NCBI RefSeq assembly: GCF_037042905.1
Contig: NC_087246.1
Span: forward strand, 12,400,001-12,464,000
Origin: Lytechinus pictus
Lineage: Eukaryota
Direction: 5' to 3'
Length of the DNA: 64,000 nt
The position numbers and the translations under genes were made by a program. Below the pieces are notes generated by a model. It was not told the DNA's origin, ran no database searches, and saw nothing but the letters and a program-made list of their open reading frames with translations. This document shows positions 1-13,306 of this stretch, piece after piece. Each line of letters starts with the position of its first letter. Positions within the stretch are counted from its first letter, which is position 1.

Positions 1-1021
1 GTGCATTGCAAAAGATCAAATACATATGTTATATTATACTGCCAATGTCTCGCATTCAGCATCTCGGTCATGGGTCACCTCAACAAAATGCTACACTGAA
101 TCAATGTATTCTTTGGAAGGTCTGTATTTATTTCCTTTGAGCTCAACATTTAGCCATCGGACGAAAATCATAATCAAATTTAGGAAGGCAATTTATCCAT
201 GGAACGGGAATCCTAGGAAAGAAAATATCCAGAGTTGTGGATACATCCGTCTACATTCCGCCTCTCTAACCTTTTCTAAATTTTACAGAATAGTGTTGGG
301 GATTTTGCACTATACCATAGTTTCATGAAATTTATAACAAATATTAATAGGCATTGCAAAAAACCCTTAAAATTCAGTGTAAGTAAATATTAGGACTTAA
401 AATCAATGATGTCATTACATCATTACATTTCTATTATCATCAATCTCAAAACTCACCAAGGATTAAAAAAAAATGAAATATGGATCATTTGACAAGATTT
501 TAATAGACTGCAATGGACTGCAAAAACAATCCTTTTTTATTTTTTTATTTCTCTAATTATTGGTAAAAATATGACAAACTATTATTACCGTGATCATCCA
601 GGATGCCATGTTACAAAATCTGGCTTAATATAACTCTGGTTCTTTTTTTACAAGATTTTGCAATCAATCTGCCTTTTAAGAGCCAGTCGATCAGAAAACG
701 TTGGACCATTGAGTTATCTCGTATGTCTCTGGATAGTGTAGAATGATAAAGATGTTTCGATATCAATGATGTAAGCATACTCCCCATTTGCCTTAAAGGG
801 TGATTTTTCTCCAACCGTATGTTTGATCTGCAGGCATGGGAGAGGAAGACCAGTCCTTGGATAACAAGCATTTGAATGACAGCATATGCCGCAGTAGGTT
901 TCGGAATGTAGCCGGTATTAATTTAATTACTATTTGCATTTGTTACAGATGTGCAGTTTCATGTGGCAAAGCTCCCAGCCTTCTGGATGTTTTTTTTTCT
1001 TATTTCTGCTGAGTTGCTCTC

Positions 1022-1526
1022 ATATGCTTTTCACACTGCATTTCCTTAACCCCATACTATCTTTAACCCCGGACTATCCTTAACCCTATACTATCTTTTT
1101 TTCGATTCACACTGTCTTTCTTAACCCCGTACTATTTGCTTAGCCGGGGTTAACGCCTTAACCCCGGGCAATCACACAGCTCATAAATATTGATGATTTT
1201 ACCATACAGAGCGCGATTAACGTGCAATTTCGACTTCTGTGATTGGCTAATGCTTAGCCCCACTTTTGCTTAGCCCTGTTTCGTTTCACATTGCATCTCT
1301 AAGCACCGCAATTGTGGTGCTAGCACCACAATAAGCCGGCTAACCCTGCTTTTTTGCAGGGCCAGATAGTACCGTACTATTTACCGTGCTAGCCCACTTT
1401 GCTAAAAGTAGTGTGAAAACCAAGTGGGCTAAGCTTAAACCCGGGAAATTGGTGGGGCTAAGACCCCCCCTTAGCCCCACCAATTTCCTGGGGTTAAGGG
1501 AAAAAAGTGCAGTGTGAAAAGCATAT
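1022..1526. mobile_element. MITE (non-autonomous TIR element, Harbinger-like)
   Basis: Perfect 19-bp inverted ends ATATGCTTTTCACACTGCA (1022-1040) / TGCAGTGTGAAAAGCATAT (1508-1526); internal repeated TTAACCCC, TTAGCCCC and TCACAC motifs; no ORF. Superfamily is a guess from terminal similarity. Confidence 0.75.
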
Positions 1527-2047
1527 TATAGTTTGAAATTAAGGTCAAGATTTGGTGGGTGAAGCCATGAAGGATGGGCAATGTTCGCTGTGGTAGAATG
1601 CCTGCTTCAAGATCAAGAGGTTGATTTCTCTGGCTGAGCCAAAGATACTCTTAAAAATGCATTGGCCATGACAGTGACGTCAACATCAAAATTTGAATGT
1701 AAGGTGAAAGTGGAAGTCCATCCTGACTTCAAGTTGGTTTTTGTAAAAAAAAAATAATAATAAAGTTTGGCTATTTATAGCACATTACCCAAAGAAGATT
1801 GTTCTTTTGTCCGTATCAGTCATCTTCAGTGATATTTTTCTAGAGTAATCTATTACATTAGAATGTTCCCTAAAGTGAAAAAAATAACAAGGGTCAATTT
1901 TTCTTATTGTGATTTTCATCCAGAGATGCATATCATAAAGACTTATGGTAACCGTGGAAACATTAAATTTGACAGCTGAATGTGATTATCATGGTAGATA
2001 ATGGCAAAGTAACCGTAATCAGAAGTCCTTAATGGAAATGGCTCCTA

Positions 2048-2589
2048 CAGACCTGCCAACCAGTACGTTTTTGGCGTATTTAGTACGTTTTTGCAACCAA
2101 AATACGGCAGTACATTTTTTCTTTATTTTGTAAAAAAAATTATTTAAAAAAGTCGTAATTTATTGAGAAAAATCATCTCTATATGTGTCTATTTCATAAA
2201 AAACTTACACAAATATGGTTATTAGATCAATGTAATTTCAGGTAACTTGTTTTTTTTTTCAATCATTTTGTTAAAACCAGGGTGAGATATACACATGTTT
2301 CAATGTTGTTTTTTTTTCATCTGCAAGAGCAGTGCGCATTTTAGCTTGCATGCAGCTTGAGTGCCGCAATGAGCGAGTGCGCCACGCATTTTATTATGAA
2401 ATACACTTTTTTGGGGTAAAATACAGTTTTTTTATCACAGAATACAGTTTTTCATTCCCAGAGTTTGGCAGGTCTGCATTATGCATGCATATTTATCTCA
2501 CACGGTAAAAATACTGATTTTTTTTTGTCAAAATACTGATTTTGGGGGATAAGAATACTGAAAATGCAAAATACAACTTGGCAGCTCTG
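2048..2589. mobile_element. Non-autonomous TIR element with 6-bp TSD and a second internal right end
   Basis: Left end CAGACCTGCCAA (2048-2059); inverted matches TTGGCAGGTCTG (2465-2476) and TTGGCAGCTCTG (2578-2589); direct repeat CTCCTA at 2042-2047 and 2590-2595; internal AATAC/AGTAC subrepeats. Confidence 0.7.
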
Positions 2590-3883
2590 CTCCTAGTATA
2601 ATTGATATTTCTCATTACAACTGATTGTCCCAATAGTAGACTTGTCTTAGAAAACTGAATAGTCTAAGATTGTATAGATACATGTACATGACATTTGTCT
2701 TAGCAGCTAATCAATTTAATAGCCTCTCAACCTGATGTTTTAGATTTAAAAGGTAAATTGGGAGTTAAATTGAAGTCAGTCTTTCTTCATAGTGCAGCAA
2801 TCTATCTACAGTAAGTGGAGAGAGTAGGGGAAAAATTTTACACAAGTAAATGACCTAAAGCGATGTTTTAGTGATTCTTATCCCATAAACATGGAGTGAA
2901 ATTGGCTCTTAATAGCTCTCTTATCATAGTAGATACTTGCTTCTTTCTGTTGTCTCACCTACTTTTCTCTTTTCTATCATAGTTATGTCATTTATTTCAC
3001 TTTCATTCCTACTACTCTCCCACTCTCCCTCCCTCTTGTATGCTTTGCCCCCTTCCCCATCTCTGTCTTCCCTTTCTTTCCTCCCCCGCCTCGCTTGATA
3101 TCATTTCATTTATGAAATTAAATGAAATATCCTGAAATGAAATGAAATGAAATAGCCATTCAATATCCTGTGTTGGTTTATTTTGCCCCCCCCCCCCGTA
3201 CTTTCCAATTTTCTCGTATACTTTGAAAGAAAATGCATGTTAAAATAGTTAATCATCTAGCTGTAACAGATAAACAAAAATATTGTAATTCTTCATTAAA
3301 AAAATGTTAATATCATTTTATGGTATTTTGTTTTGGTATTACAATTCTTTGATCTAAGTTGATTTATTATGAGTTAGATTATAGGCATTCTAGGATTAAA
3401 TGGTTATTGAAATCAGTACTCAATGTACTGTCCTAGTTTGCAATCATCAAAAATAATATCTTGTTGGTATCATTGAAATTTTATCTGCCTCTAATTTTCA
3501 AATAAAGATTTGTTTTTGTTTTCAGAGGATCATTAAGATCAATATTCTTGATAAATGTCCTAGTTCATGTTCATCATGTATAAGAGAAAAGTCAATTTAC
3601 AAGACAGATCATCAATTGCTCTTTGAGTGAAAGAAAACAAATTTGAGGTTATCCAGAAATAGCAAATAGAGTGGGAGGCATAGAGATGGGGAAGACAATG
3701 GTCAGGGAGAAGGAGATAGGCTGAGATGATAGATAATAATGAGGGATAGAATGGAAGAAGTTAGGGGAAATATTAGTAGTGGCAAAAGGGGTTGGATTGA
3801 GAGTGATATTGCAGTAAAATGGAAAAGGGATATATTTAGAAAAGACTTGGCGAGATGAAAGAGGGGGAGGGGGATAGGACTTC

Positions 3884-4030
3884 CAGGACTTCAAGACAAA
3901 GCTCCGCTTCCAGAGCTCCGCCATGATGGCCATTGAAGAATCTAGTGAGGTCTGTCTGGTAGGGCTGTTTGATGGCACCAACTTGTGTGCCTTCTATGCG
4001 AAGAGGGTTATGCTGAAAGATGAATAGTTG
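3884..4030 (+). pseudogene. Histone H3 pseudogene fragment (C-terminal histone fold; orphon-like)
   Basis: The frame from 3884 reads [48 protein letters not shown] versus canonical H3 [51 protein letters not shown]. No N-terminal half, 2-codon deletion, in-frame TAG at 4025-4027. Confidence 0.9.
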
Positions 4031-7000
4031 GTTGGAAATGATGGAGAGTTTTTGTGGCAATTTGTGTGGGTGGATATTAGAAATAGATGGGGAGGAGGGA
4101 GAGACGGGGAAAAAACAAGTAAGGAAATGGATGGAGAGTGAATGAGAGAGAGGAGGGGGATGCAAGTGTAGTGATAATGTAGAAATGAATCATTGAGAGA
4201 AGATAAGAGAGAGAGAGAGAGAGATAAAGAGAATTACATCGACATAGTCCTATTATAGATGACAGAGATATATAATTAATCTATAGAGAAGATTGAACAA
4301 GATATAGGGAGAAATTTAGTGTAAGGTTTAGACGAGGAGGCAATTACAGGAGTTGAATGGGTGTGTTGATTTGGTTGATGAAAGCAAATAATATTTAGAA
4401 CTTTAAAAAGTTGTCATATATCGCTCATATATAAGTCGCTTTGGTTCCATAGCCATGCTTAGTTGTAAAATTAAGCTTTAAGAGATGTAGGTCAAAATTG
4501 TGAGCTCTATTTCAGCTGACTTTATCATCACTAAAAGGGGGATAATAGCAGCAGTTTGCTGTGAATCTCTGAATGCAGTCTTACTGCATCATGATACCTT
4601 CCGAAGGTCATGATAAAGTTGGAAGAATTACTGATATGGTAACAAATAGTTTTGATTGATAATAGTAATGTGAGAGGAAGTAGGAAATATGGAGGTCTGG
4701 TTTAAGACTGTGTCATGTTTGAATATTACATTCTTCATTTTGTAAGTTTGGGAGTTAACACAACCGTCGTGTGTCGTATGCAGAGAAACAAGAGTGATTG
4801 ATTAACGTGTCTCTGCATCAGGTCACCTTTATCTATATACTCTGTCATGAACATACGTGGTAGTTTAAATGAGAAAATATATGAGGCCTTAATCTTGATA
4901 TTTGCAGATAAAGGTGAAAATATGTTACAATCAGAAATGCCCAATATTCTATGAAAGAGCATTTCATTGTTAGAATTCAAAATGCTTTAAGTCTAAAAAG
5001 TAACGAAAGTTATCCTTGATAGAGACTTTCATAGTTAAAAAAACTAGTGTTGTTGTCTGATCACCATACAAAATGAAGGAGAAGAAAGGAAAGGTGACTG
5101 TCACAGCGTTGTCAGGGAGACTGTGAGCTTGCTGATCTTCTATGTTCATAGTATGTATCATGATATAGAATGAGTCCTGTTTGCAATAATGGCGTTGCCA
5201 TGTTTGCATACAGTTTTGCAAACATTTTTTTAGCTATTCTTGGATTTTATTGTTTTATTTAGAAATTTACATTGATATAAACTAAAAATTTTCGATTGAA
5301 GTTCGTTCAGATGTAGCATCATGATCCTTCCTGTTTGTTTCTTATGTTGTTTGTTAGAATTGTAAATTTGTTCCAAATATAAATTAATTACTAGAGGTCA
5401 AAAAGAAAACTTTGCCTACATCAAAAACTCCATGCCTGGTTATCGAATAGATTTTATTCAGATGCATTGCAGCATATGATGACTTGGTTAAGTGGTATAC
5501 ATTATCATCATGCATCTCCCCACCTCATGAATTGCACAAATATTTACAAGAAAATTGATTAATGCAATGTTTTCATTAAAAAGGGGAGAAATGAAAATAT
5601 CTTGGACCTTATAAACACTTGATACCATCCTTCTATCATTAATGGAAACTTTTTGTCCTCTTCCTTGCTTCCTTCTGTTTGCTTCAAACTGTTCTCTATT
5701 ATGCCTAGTCGTGTGCCATTTTGAGTGCCAATATAGCATCATTCTTTTGAAATATGGGTTTTTAGGATAGAGTTTCGAGAGTGAGTGCCTAAGAGTGTTT
5801 TGCCGCTCTTGAAAAAGAAAGGAGTGGGCTTGGCCAAATAAGAGTGCCCCCAACCATCTAGGTTTTATACAAATATCATAAAATTGCTATTTTTTTATGA
5901 GTTTTGATACTTTATTGAATTTCTTAATTTGTTTGAATAATGAAAAGCTTTCCCATTAAAATATAAGAATATGAGAATTTCACATATTAATTGACTAGCC
6001 AAATTGATAAAATAATGGGGTTTAACTATTTTAAAGTTGTTAAATTTACTCTATATGGAAATAAAAAATCTATATTTGTTGAAAAAGAGTGAAAAAAATA
6101 ATGAATAAAAAAACGTTATCGATTTGTTATTTTCCATTTTATGGCAGGATATTGTGTGCCGATAGGGAAGAAAAAATACTTTACTGTTTGTAGGGATTTC
6201 ATGCTTTGAAAATGAATTTCTGCCTTAGAAAGTATTTGGAGATGATTATCGTATGTGGGATTTTTTTTTCTTTGTTCTTCATCTTTTGGGCTTTTGGTAG
6301 TCAGTACTGATCAGAATGTGTTTTTAGGAATGGAAATGAATTCAACTCAGATATCCCATTATATCTTCTGCCAATAGCAATTTATGATCCTTTTAGGGTC
6401 ACTGAATGGGGGCTGCACTAAATCTTCAAGAAACAGACAGTTTTTGGTTAGATATGAGGGCAAAAAACTTGTACAATTCCACTAGAATGGTTGAGCATGA
6501 TTGCTAGAATAATGAGTTATTATTATTGCCCCAAAACATTTGTTATCTAGAGTAGATATGAAGATACTATGTACTTGAACATCACGGTAAGAATGCTTTG
6601 ATTGGTTTTTAATCTGAGATGTATGTGGTTGTCCCAGCGCTATGTCATTTTTCATGTAAATTAATGTTATGCTTTTCCTGACACCCCTCTTGTGTGTATA
6701 CATGTTCTTGTATCTTCTTTATAAGGTTGTCACAATTACTAGCATGTTTTCATTTTTAGGTAGCTTGCCAATGTACCATAGTTATCATCCAGTGTGAACA
6801 CTCCACCCTTTATGTTAATCCTAGATTATCCCTCCCTAGTTCCTGCACCTCTTATCCATCAAAAGGTCCATACTTGGTAATCTCCTCAGAGAATAACTTT
6901 GACTCAATGAGTCTCAAAGTCCTCTTTAGGAAATGTAGAGAAAGTGCAAAATGAATAGTAATATGATGGGACTTAAGGGATTTTTTTATTAATTAAGTTG

Positions 7001-8444
7001 CCAGAGACTTGCATTTCCTCACAAAGCTTTTATTCTCCATTGTGTCGGAATAATAAACCCCAACATATTTTTGCAAATCATAACATGGTAGAGTCATAGT
7101 AAATCGTCATTTTAGATTATTTAGTGAGCTCCACATATATTTTGTACTGAATTTAAATCAATAGTTTTTTTCTTTTGATAGCTGTCATAGTTTTTCATAA
7201 ATGACTCGCAATGTGCATACATGTTCCACTTCCTGTGTAGTATTCAAGCAATAAACCTCTCAGTGACTGAACAACTCCTACATTTTATGTTCACATCCTA
7301 TCAGGTCAGCCTTTCAATGTTTGGTTTGAGTGAGCCAAGCGTTGAAAATATATTTTTAAATTCATTATTTCAGGACTGAGTAATGAACCCTGCACCTTGC
7401 ATTCTTATTCTTGAGGTTTGACCAGTAGACCATACTCTTGTCTCCGTGCTTTCAAGTCATTACTATGATGAATAATAGTTCTTTATTTTCCCCCATGGAA
7501 CAGCCGAGTTACTATGGGAGTTACCATAAACAGAAATAGAAAAAGAAAGTTGTCTAATCTTTACAGTTGTGCACGATGAGTTGACACCTTTTTTCTTAGA
7601 AGCGCAGTAGCTCACACCTACATGTACATCGCTTTTGAATTATTCATCTCATGGTTTTGTGACTGTTGACTCCTACATAACTATTCTTCAGTTTGGGTAG
7701 TAATGCAATTGATATTCAACAAGCGTATATCCCCCTTTCCTCAGTAGAGGCATGTCTAATCCATTACTGCGGAGGATCTGGAGCTTGGAAAGATTAAAGA
7801 GAAAGTTTGGTTTTTTGGATTGGCTACAAATAATTTGTAAGCTTTCACTTTTGGTTCCTGACAGTAAGACCTTGGGTGAAAAAGTTTCCCCTTCAAAGGA
7901 TTTCTTTCCGAATACTTAGGTTTAGAAACATCAAAACAAATGTCTGAAAATTTTGGCAAATCACTCATGCCATGTTTGTGGTCCCATATACTTCTCTTTT
8001 TTGCATGAGACAGAGTGAATCTACTGTAAACTCAAAGCATCTCAAATCGCACCCTCTACTTTCAAATGATAATTTCCCAACTGCCTTCCATCAGTTTCTT
8101 TTTATATATATATACAATAACCTTTCATTAAATCAATACACGCATAATGATTTGAGTGAAACTTTGTTTTCACATTTTGTATTATTGAGCAACCTGACAT
8201 GATATTAATTGTGGATAATATGTACCAAGAGGATGGCTTGATGATTTTAGTTGAGTAACTGTTCAGTTTGAATAAATTTGAATGTATAAGAAAGTTCCTA
8301 CAAATGATAGGTTAATATCTTCATTAGATAGCTATCATAACCTGCCTGGTATCAATTGTATTTATTTAGTATAAAATTGTTTTTATTTTTTTTAATTTAT
8401 ATTCAGGTGGGAGGGGGGTTTCAATCTGCTTTGTTGGTTGTGCC

Positions 8445-8812
8445 CCAGGGGGGGGGGCACTCAGTATATAATGCATAGTGGGTACATATGTGCCGCGGAG
8501 GGGACCCCCATTTTTACACTCAAATTTCCGTTCCAGGGCATAGCATTTTCATCTTATAAGAAAAAGGACTAAGAAAGCCGCTCCGAAGCATAGCATTTTC
8601 TTCTTATTGAGAGAAAAGAAAAGAGAAATCCGCTCCAAAGCTTCGCATATTTTTCGTTACGCCGTTCCGGTCACATTGATCCGCCACATTGAGCTGCAAT
8701 TTTGGTGAAAAGCAGCTGCTGAGCGCTGTCCGACCATCGCCACTGTGCGAGCGCACCCGGCGCCCGCGGCACACACCTACCAATTTTTTGGTCGAGTACC
8801 CCCCCCCCCTGG
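8445..8812. mobile_element. MITE with poly-G/poly-C termini (Mutator-like TSD length)
   Basis: Ends CCAGGGGGGGGGGCACTC ... GAGTACCCCCCCCCCCTGG; flanked by direct repeat GGTTGTGCC (8436-8444 and 8813-8821; 7 bp if the ends are drawn one base wider). A related end fragment lies at about 22668-22740. Confidence 0.75.
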
Positions 8813-11800
8813 GGTTGTGCCAGTGACAATTTCTATATTCTTTACTTTTGGGCTTGGGGGGAATGTTGCCCCCCCCCCCCACAAAAAAAAACAAATGTTT
8901 CTCAATTTTTTTCTTTAAAGCCATCCATTTCATGCATAGTTTGATAGCAAGTTATTACCATCCTGCTTGAAAGTTGCCCTTGAATATAGCAAATGTAATT
9001 AAATAAGGATGGGATCGCATGTTTTAACTTTCCTTTCATTTTTGAAGGACATAAAACAGCAAATAGAAACATCATTGAATATTATGAACTCAGTTTTATA
9101 TTAACTTTAAAGGGATTCCTTGTAGATATAGTTAGGAAGTCAATGCATGTAACTTGTAGGATATTTGTTTGTTTTAACACAAGATGAAATGCTAGTTTGA
9201 CAGATTAAACATATCATGTATGTTTTCAAAATTATTTATTTATTTTCAAAGAAAATGCAGTTGGCGCATTTTGTTTGTAGAAAATTATATTTTTTAAATA
9301 AGAAATTATTAAAAGAATGAGGGTGATGTGTAATCCCACCATCATGTATTGACGTACAGAATAGCGTTGATCTATGTTGTATAGAATACTGAAGACAGAA
9401 CACCAAAGGATGAGAAACCAGACATAATGGAATCCCCAAAACTATCACGTTTCCTGGGAGTTGTAGAATTTAATATATGAAATTATCGATTGAGCTATTT
9501 CTATTGGCATAGACTTCCTGTCATTTTATATAAATCTTTGCTTTCAAATTAACTTTTTTTTTCATTTCACTCGATATCTATCCTCTTTCCATTACTCTTT
9601 GTCCATCTCTTTTTTTTTTTTATACTTTATTGAACTTTCTTCATTTTCATAGACACCCTGTTGCTCTCCCCCACCCCTCTCTCTCTTTCTCTATCTTTAT
9701 TGATTTTATTGATTCATCATGTTTGTCATTTTATGGAAGATTTTTCCATAGTTTCTCCCTGAACAGTGTGGACATGAGAAATGCAACCCCAGTTTCTGAT
9801 AATGCTGGTTTGCAATTAACTTGCCATTGCTGATATACCTCTTCAATAATCATTTACATCACAATATTTGTCTTCTTTGATTGAAAGGATGTCGTACAAG
9901 TAGTTGACCTTTATTTTAAGATGTTCGCTATCAATTTTAGTCAAACCACTTGTTTGATTTAGAAGTATACTCTACCTCATTGTTTGGAAACCTGCACTTT
10001 CATAGATGAAGGCATACCTGCTGTGTGATAAGCTTGTTAATATACCAGTAAACATATGAGTGAATATCTGGAGAGCAAAAGTAAATATGCACAATTTCAT
10101 GAATCAGGCCAACTAGACGCCATATCTAATTCTGAGGATGCTGTTCATGCTTCTCATAATGATGTCAATACTGTCTTTGAAAGGCTTGCCAATTAGGTAA
10201 AGTGCATCAATCAGATCCTGAAGCCTCAAAAGAGAAGGAGAGAATGATACTTGTACCGACTATAAAAATGAAGATTTTAAGGTTGCTCCATGCCTCCAAA
10301 GTGATTGGATGGCTACAATTTCCTTGCTTGGGGATTATAATTGTTTTATTGGAAGAAGGTATCACAAAGTATGTGAGAGGGATATGTGTGTATACATCAT
10401 TTCCTACCTGCAGGGAGGGCGTTACTGACATAGACTATTCAAAGCCTTCAGCCTTCTTGCAACAAAGACTCCAGCTGATCTGACATGGCTTGATTGTGCA
10501 TCACCTGTAAAATTTGATTAGCAAAGCAGCTTTTAAGCGTAGGGCTTGATCACATTGCATTCCTTTGGGATGTGCATTTAGATAGAAGTGAAAGGTTGGA
10601 AATGGGAAGGGACATCCTGTCTCTTTTGTGAGTTTGATCTCCCATTTCCAGATAGGGGAGTTTAACTAAAATTTTCTATAGGAGATTGCTGATATCTTAC
10701 CCAACACAAAGGCATTTTTTTTTTTCATTCTATGCAACTAGAAATCACCAGTTGAAAGCAAGCACATTGTAGGAACTGATATTATTGTTTTTTTTTTTAA
10801 GTTTCAACAAAGAAAACTCTGCAACATATTTTCTCTTTCTTTACTGTTTCTTCTGAAGCACATAGTGATGTATTTGATGTGTTATGCACTACATATAAAC
10901 ACACAGAATTGCTATAGATGGTATTTCCTATACCATTCAACATTTTGAAGTTTGATGTCTAAGGTATTTCATTACACGATTTCTGCTGCCTGTGTCTAAA
11001 AATGTTCATATGTTTCTAATTCAAGAATTCCAAGTTTGCCTTTTTGCTTTAGACTCCAAATAAAACATTAACGTTGTTAAGCTCTCCCCCCCCCCTCTTC
11101 CAACACCTCAGAAAGTGTGAACACACACGACTATGATAACATGATCTTTGTGTTTGTACACTCCTTCAGCCCTTGTATGTTATATTATACGAGCTTGCTA
11201 CCTTTACCATGTAATGTTTATCTCTCTCGAGGCTTTGTTTACAAGGTAGCTATTTGTGTCTGAATCTTGCCCCTTACGATATCTGAATATTTGTTCTCTT
11301 ACTCAATGTAGTCCTCAATCTATCCCTTTTTCCTATTCAGTTTTACAAGTGTGTTCACATAATATTCATTTCTAATATGTATAGTTATGCTGTCACTATG
11401 TTTCAATATTTTGTAACTGTTAAAATAATCTTAAAATCTTTCATCTCCTATGTTGGAATACAAATATACATTAATTTTGGCCTATGACTGACAGTGTCAT
11501 ACTTTTATCCACGTTTCACCTTCTTTTTTATTTCTTTCCCCCCCCCCCTTCTCAATTTTTCTCTTTCCTTCCCTGGTATTTGTAACTCAACACTTTTTTA
11601 CATTTTTTAATTTTTATTTCTGTACACCCATTTTCTTTTCTCTTTGTATTCTGTTTTATCTCCATGCATTATGTGATGAACAGTCATTGTCCATTTTTCA
11701 GAATAAATGTTTTATACTTCCATTCCTATGGTTGTCCATAGTCCACTCCCACCCTTTTTTATGACAAAGACCCATTTTGATTACCCCCACATACGTAGAT

Positions 11801-12260
11801 TTAAAAAAAGGGGGCTCAATTTCCTCCTTACAAAAGTCTTAGATCTGCCATTCTCTTCTTCATTCTCTCATCCCAATATAATTTTATGTCAAATATCCTC
11901 TCCCTCAATCTTTAAACTTATCATTTCTGTAGAATTAAACCTGATTTTTTTAAACTCTGTTTTAAAATCCTGGTTTTTATCTTTACATTTACCATTTTAG
12001 TATGTGACTATCACATCTTTTTGACAAAGTCCATTTTCATATTTGAACCAGTTTTGGGAGGTTTTATTTTCTTTTTTTTTTCATATCATATACTTTTTCT
12101 CCCTCATACTTATTTCCTGTAAAATATTTTCATCTTATACCTAAATTGTCACATAACATCATTTATTTTCTTTCATTATTTCTCATCTACAGTTTTCATC
12201 TGGTCTGATCTGGAATGCAGCAACTCTTCCCCACCAACACACACAAGTCTTCTGTGCTCT

Positions 12261-12367
12261 GATTGGACAGCCAGTATCATCCAAGTATCCTGATTGGCCA
12301 ATAATACCTCTGAGCCTGGAGCATATGCATACCAGAGCAATATCCAGCCTACAATTTCACTGCCAAT
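12261..12367 (+). promoter_or_regulatory. Cluster of CCAAT boxes upstream of the TPST coding region (candidate promoter)
   Basis: GATTGG 12261-12266, palindromic ATTGGCCAAT 12293-12302, CCAAT 12363-12367. Alternatively this is 5' UTR exon sequence after the acceptor-like TCTCATCTACAG ending at 12192. Confidence 0.3.
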
Positions 12368-13306
12368 AAATCCCGCCCTGCAATCAAATCTCCCCTTTCT
12401 GCTCAGATTCTCTTGACACTTTTAGGAAAAATAAGAAGGAAATGGCCCAGCTGTCCGTTTAGCCCCAATGCAAGGAGTCTGAAATGCGATCCTACCCTTG
12501 AGATAGGGATTGGCAAATGTCGCGTGGCCACCACGCTGGAGTATGAGTCGCTCAAAACATGAAGCAGCCAAAAGTTTCATTCAACTTGTAAAGGTCACAG
12601 GCTTGCAGCAACTGCGTGGATGAGGCTTGGATAAGACAGACGGCACGTTTTTGATCCTGGAAGAGTGTTACGCACAGAAAATATGCCCCTATTGATGAGG
12701 AGGTCGGGTAATGTGAGTCGACTTTGCAGGATTGATTGAATATAGCATCAGCAGCGACGAGAGGTGGATGCGTTCAGAGCTCTTCGTCATTGCTGCAAGC
12801 CATCTAGATAATCTTGTTAAAGATATTAATAAATTGAAAAGATAGAAGTAAAAGCAGAAAAAAGTATTGAAAATCTTTTGTGGAATTTCATTACCTACTT
12901 TCTGCATTTAACCTGGAGCCCTGAATTTGAGATGCAGACTTCATGAAGGATTGTGATGCCTCTAGGAGAAATTTCAAAATTTGATGTTATTTTAGTTATG
13001 GAAATTCTGATAAAGTGAAAGGAAGATTGTGCCAGAAGATAGCAAGGTAAAGGAGAGTACTTGAAATGATTATTATTAGGACGATTATCACTACTACAGA
13101 GAAAGCCCCTTGAAGACTGTCAATAGAGTAAATGTGATTTTCAACACACCACAGTAACCCCATAGGAGGATTGAAAATTTAATTAATTAATGGCTTGGTA
13201 TCGGAAGCATTTCAACTGAGAGTTAATTAGGTAAAGTAGAAGGATAAACAGAGAGATTGCCAATTTGATGTATAGTCCTCACCTTTTACGAATTATCAGT
13301 GTCACA

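Noticed and set aside
590-900. Possible decayed retroelement or transposase coding fragment
   Set aside because: Composition looks coding-like, but I could not recognise any RT, RNase H or transposase motif in any frame.
3649-4165. Two minus-strand ORFs of about 110 aa
   Set aside because: Antisense to the H3 relic and GA-rich low-complexity flanks; no protein-like content.
10056-10483. Possible extra exon or ORF (MSEYLESKSKY...; 10202-10483)
   Set aside because: No recognisable homology and no convincing splice-site pair.
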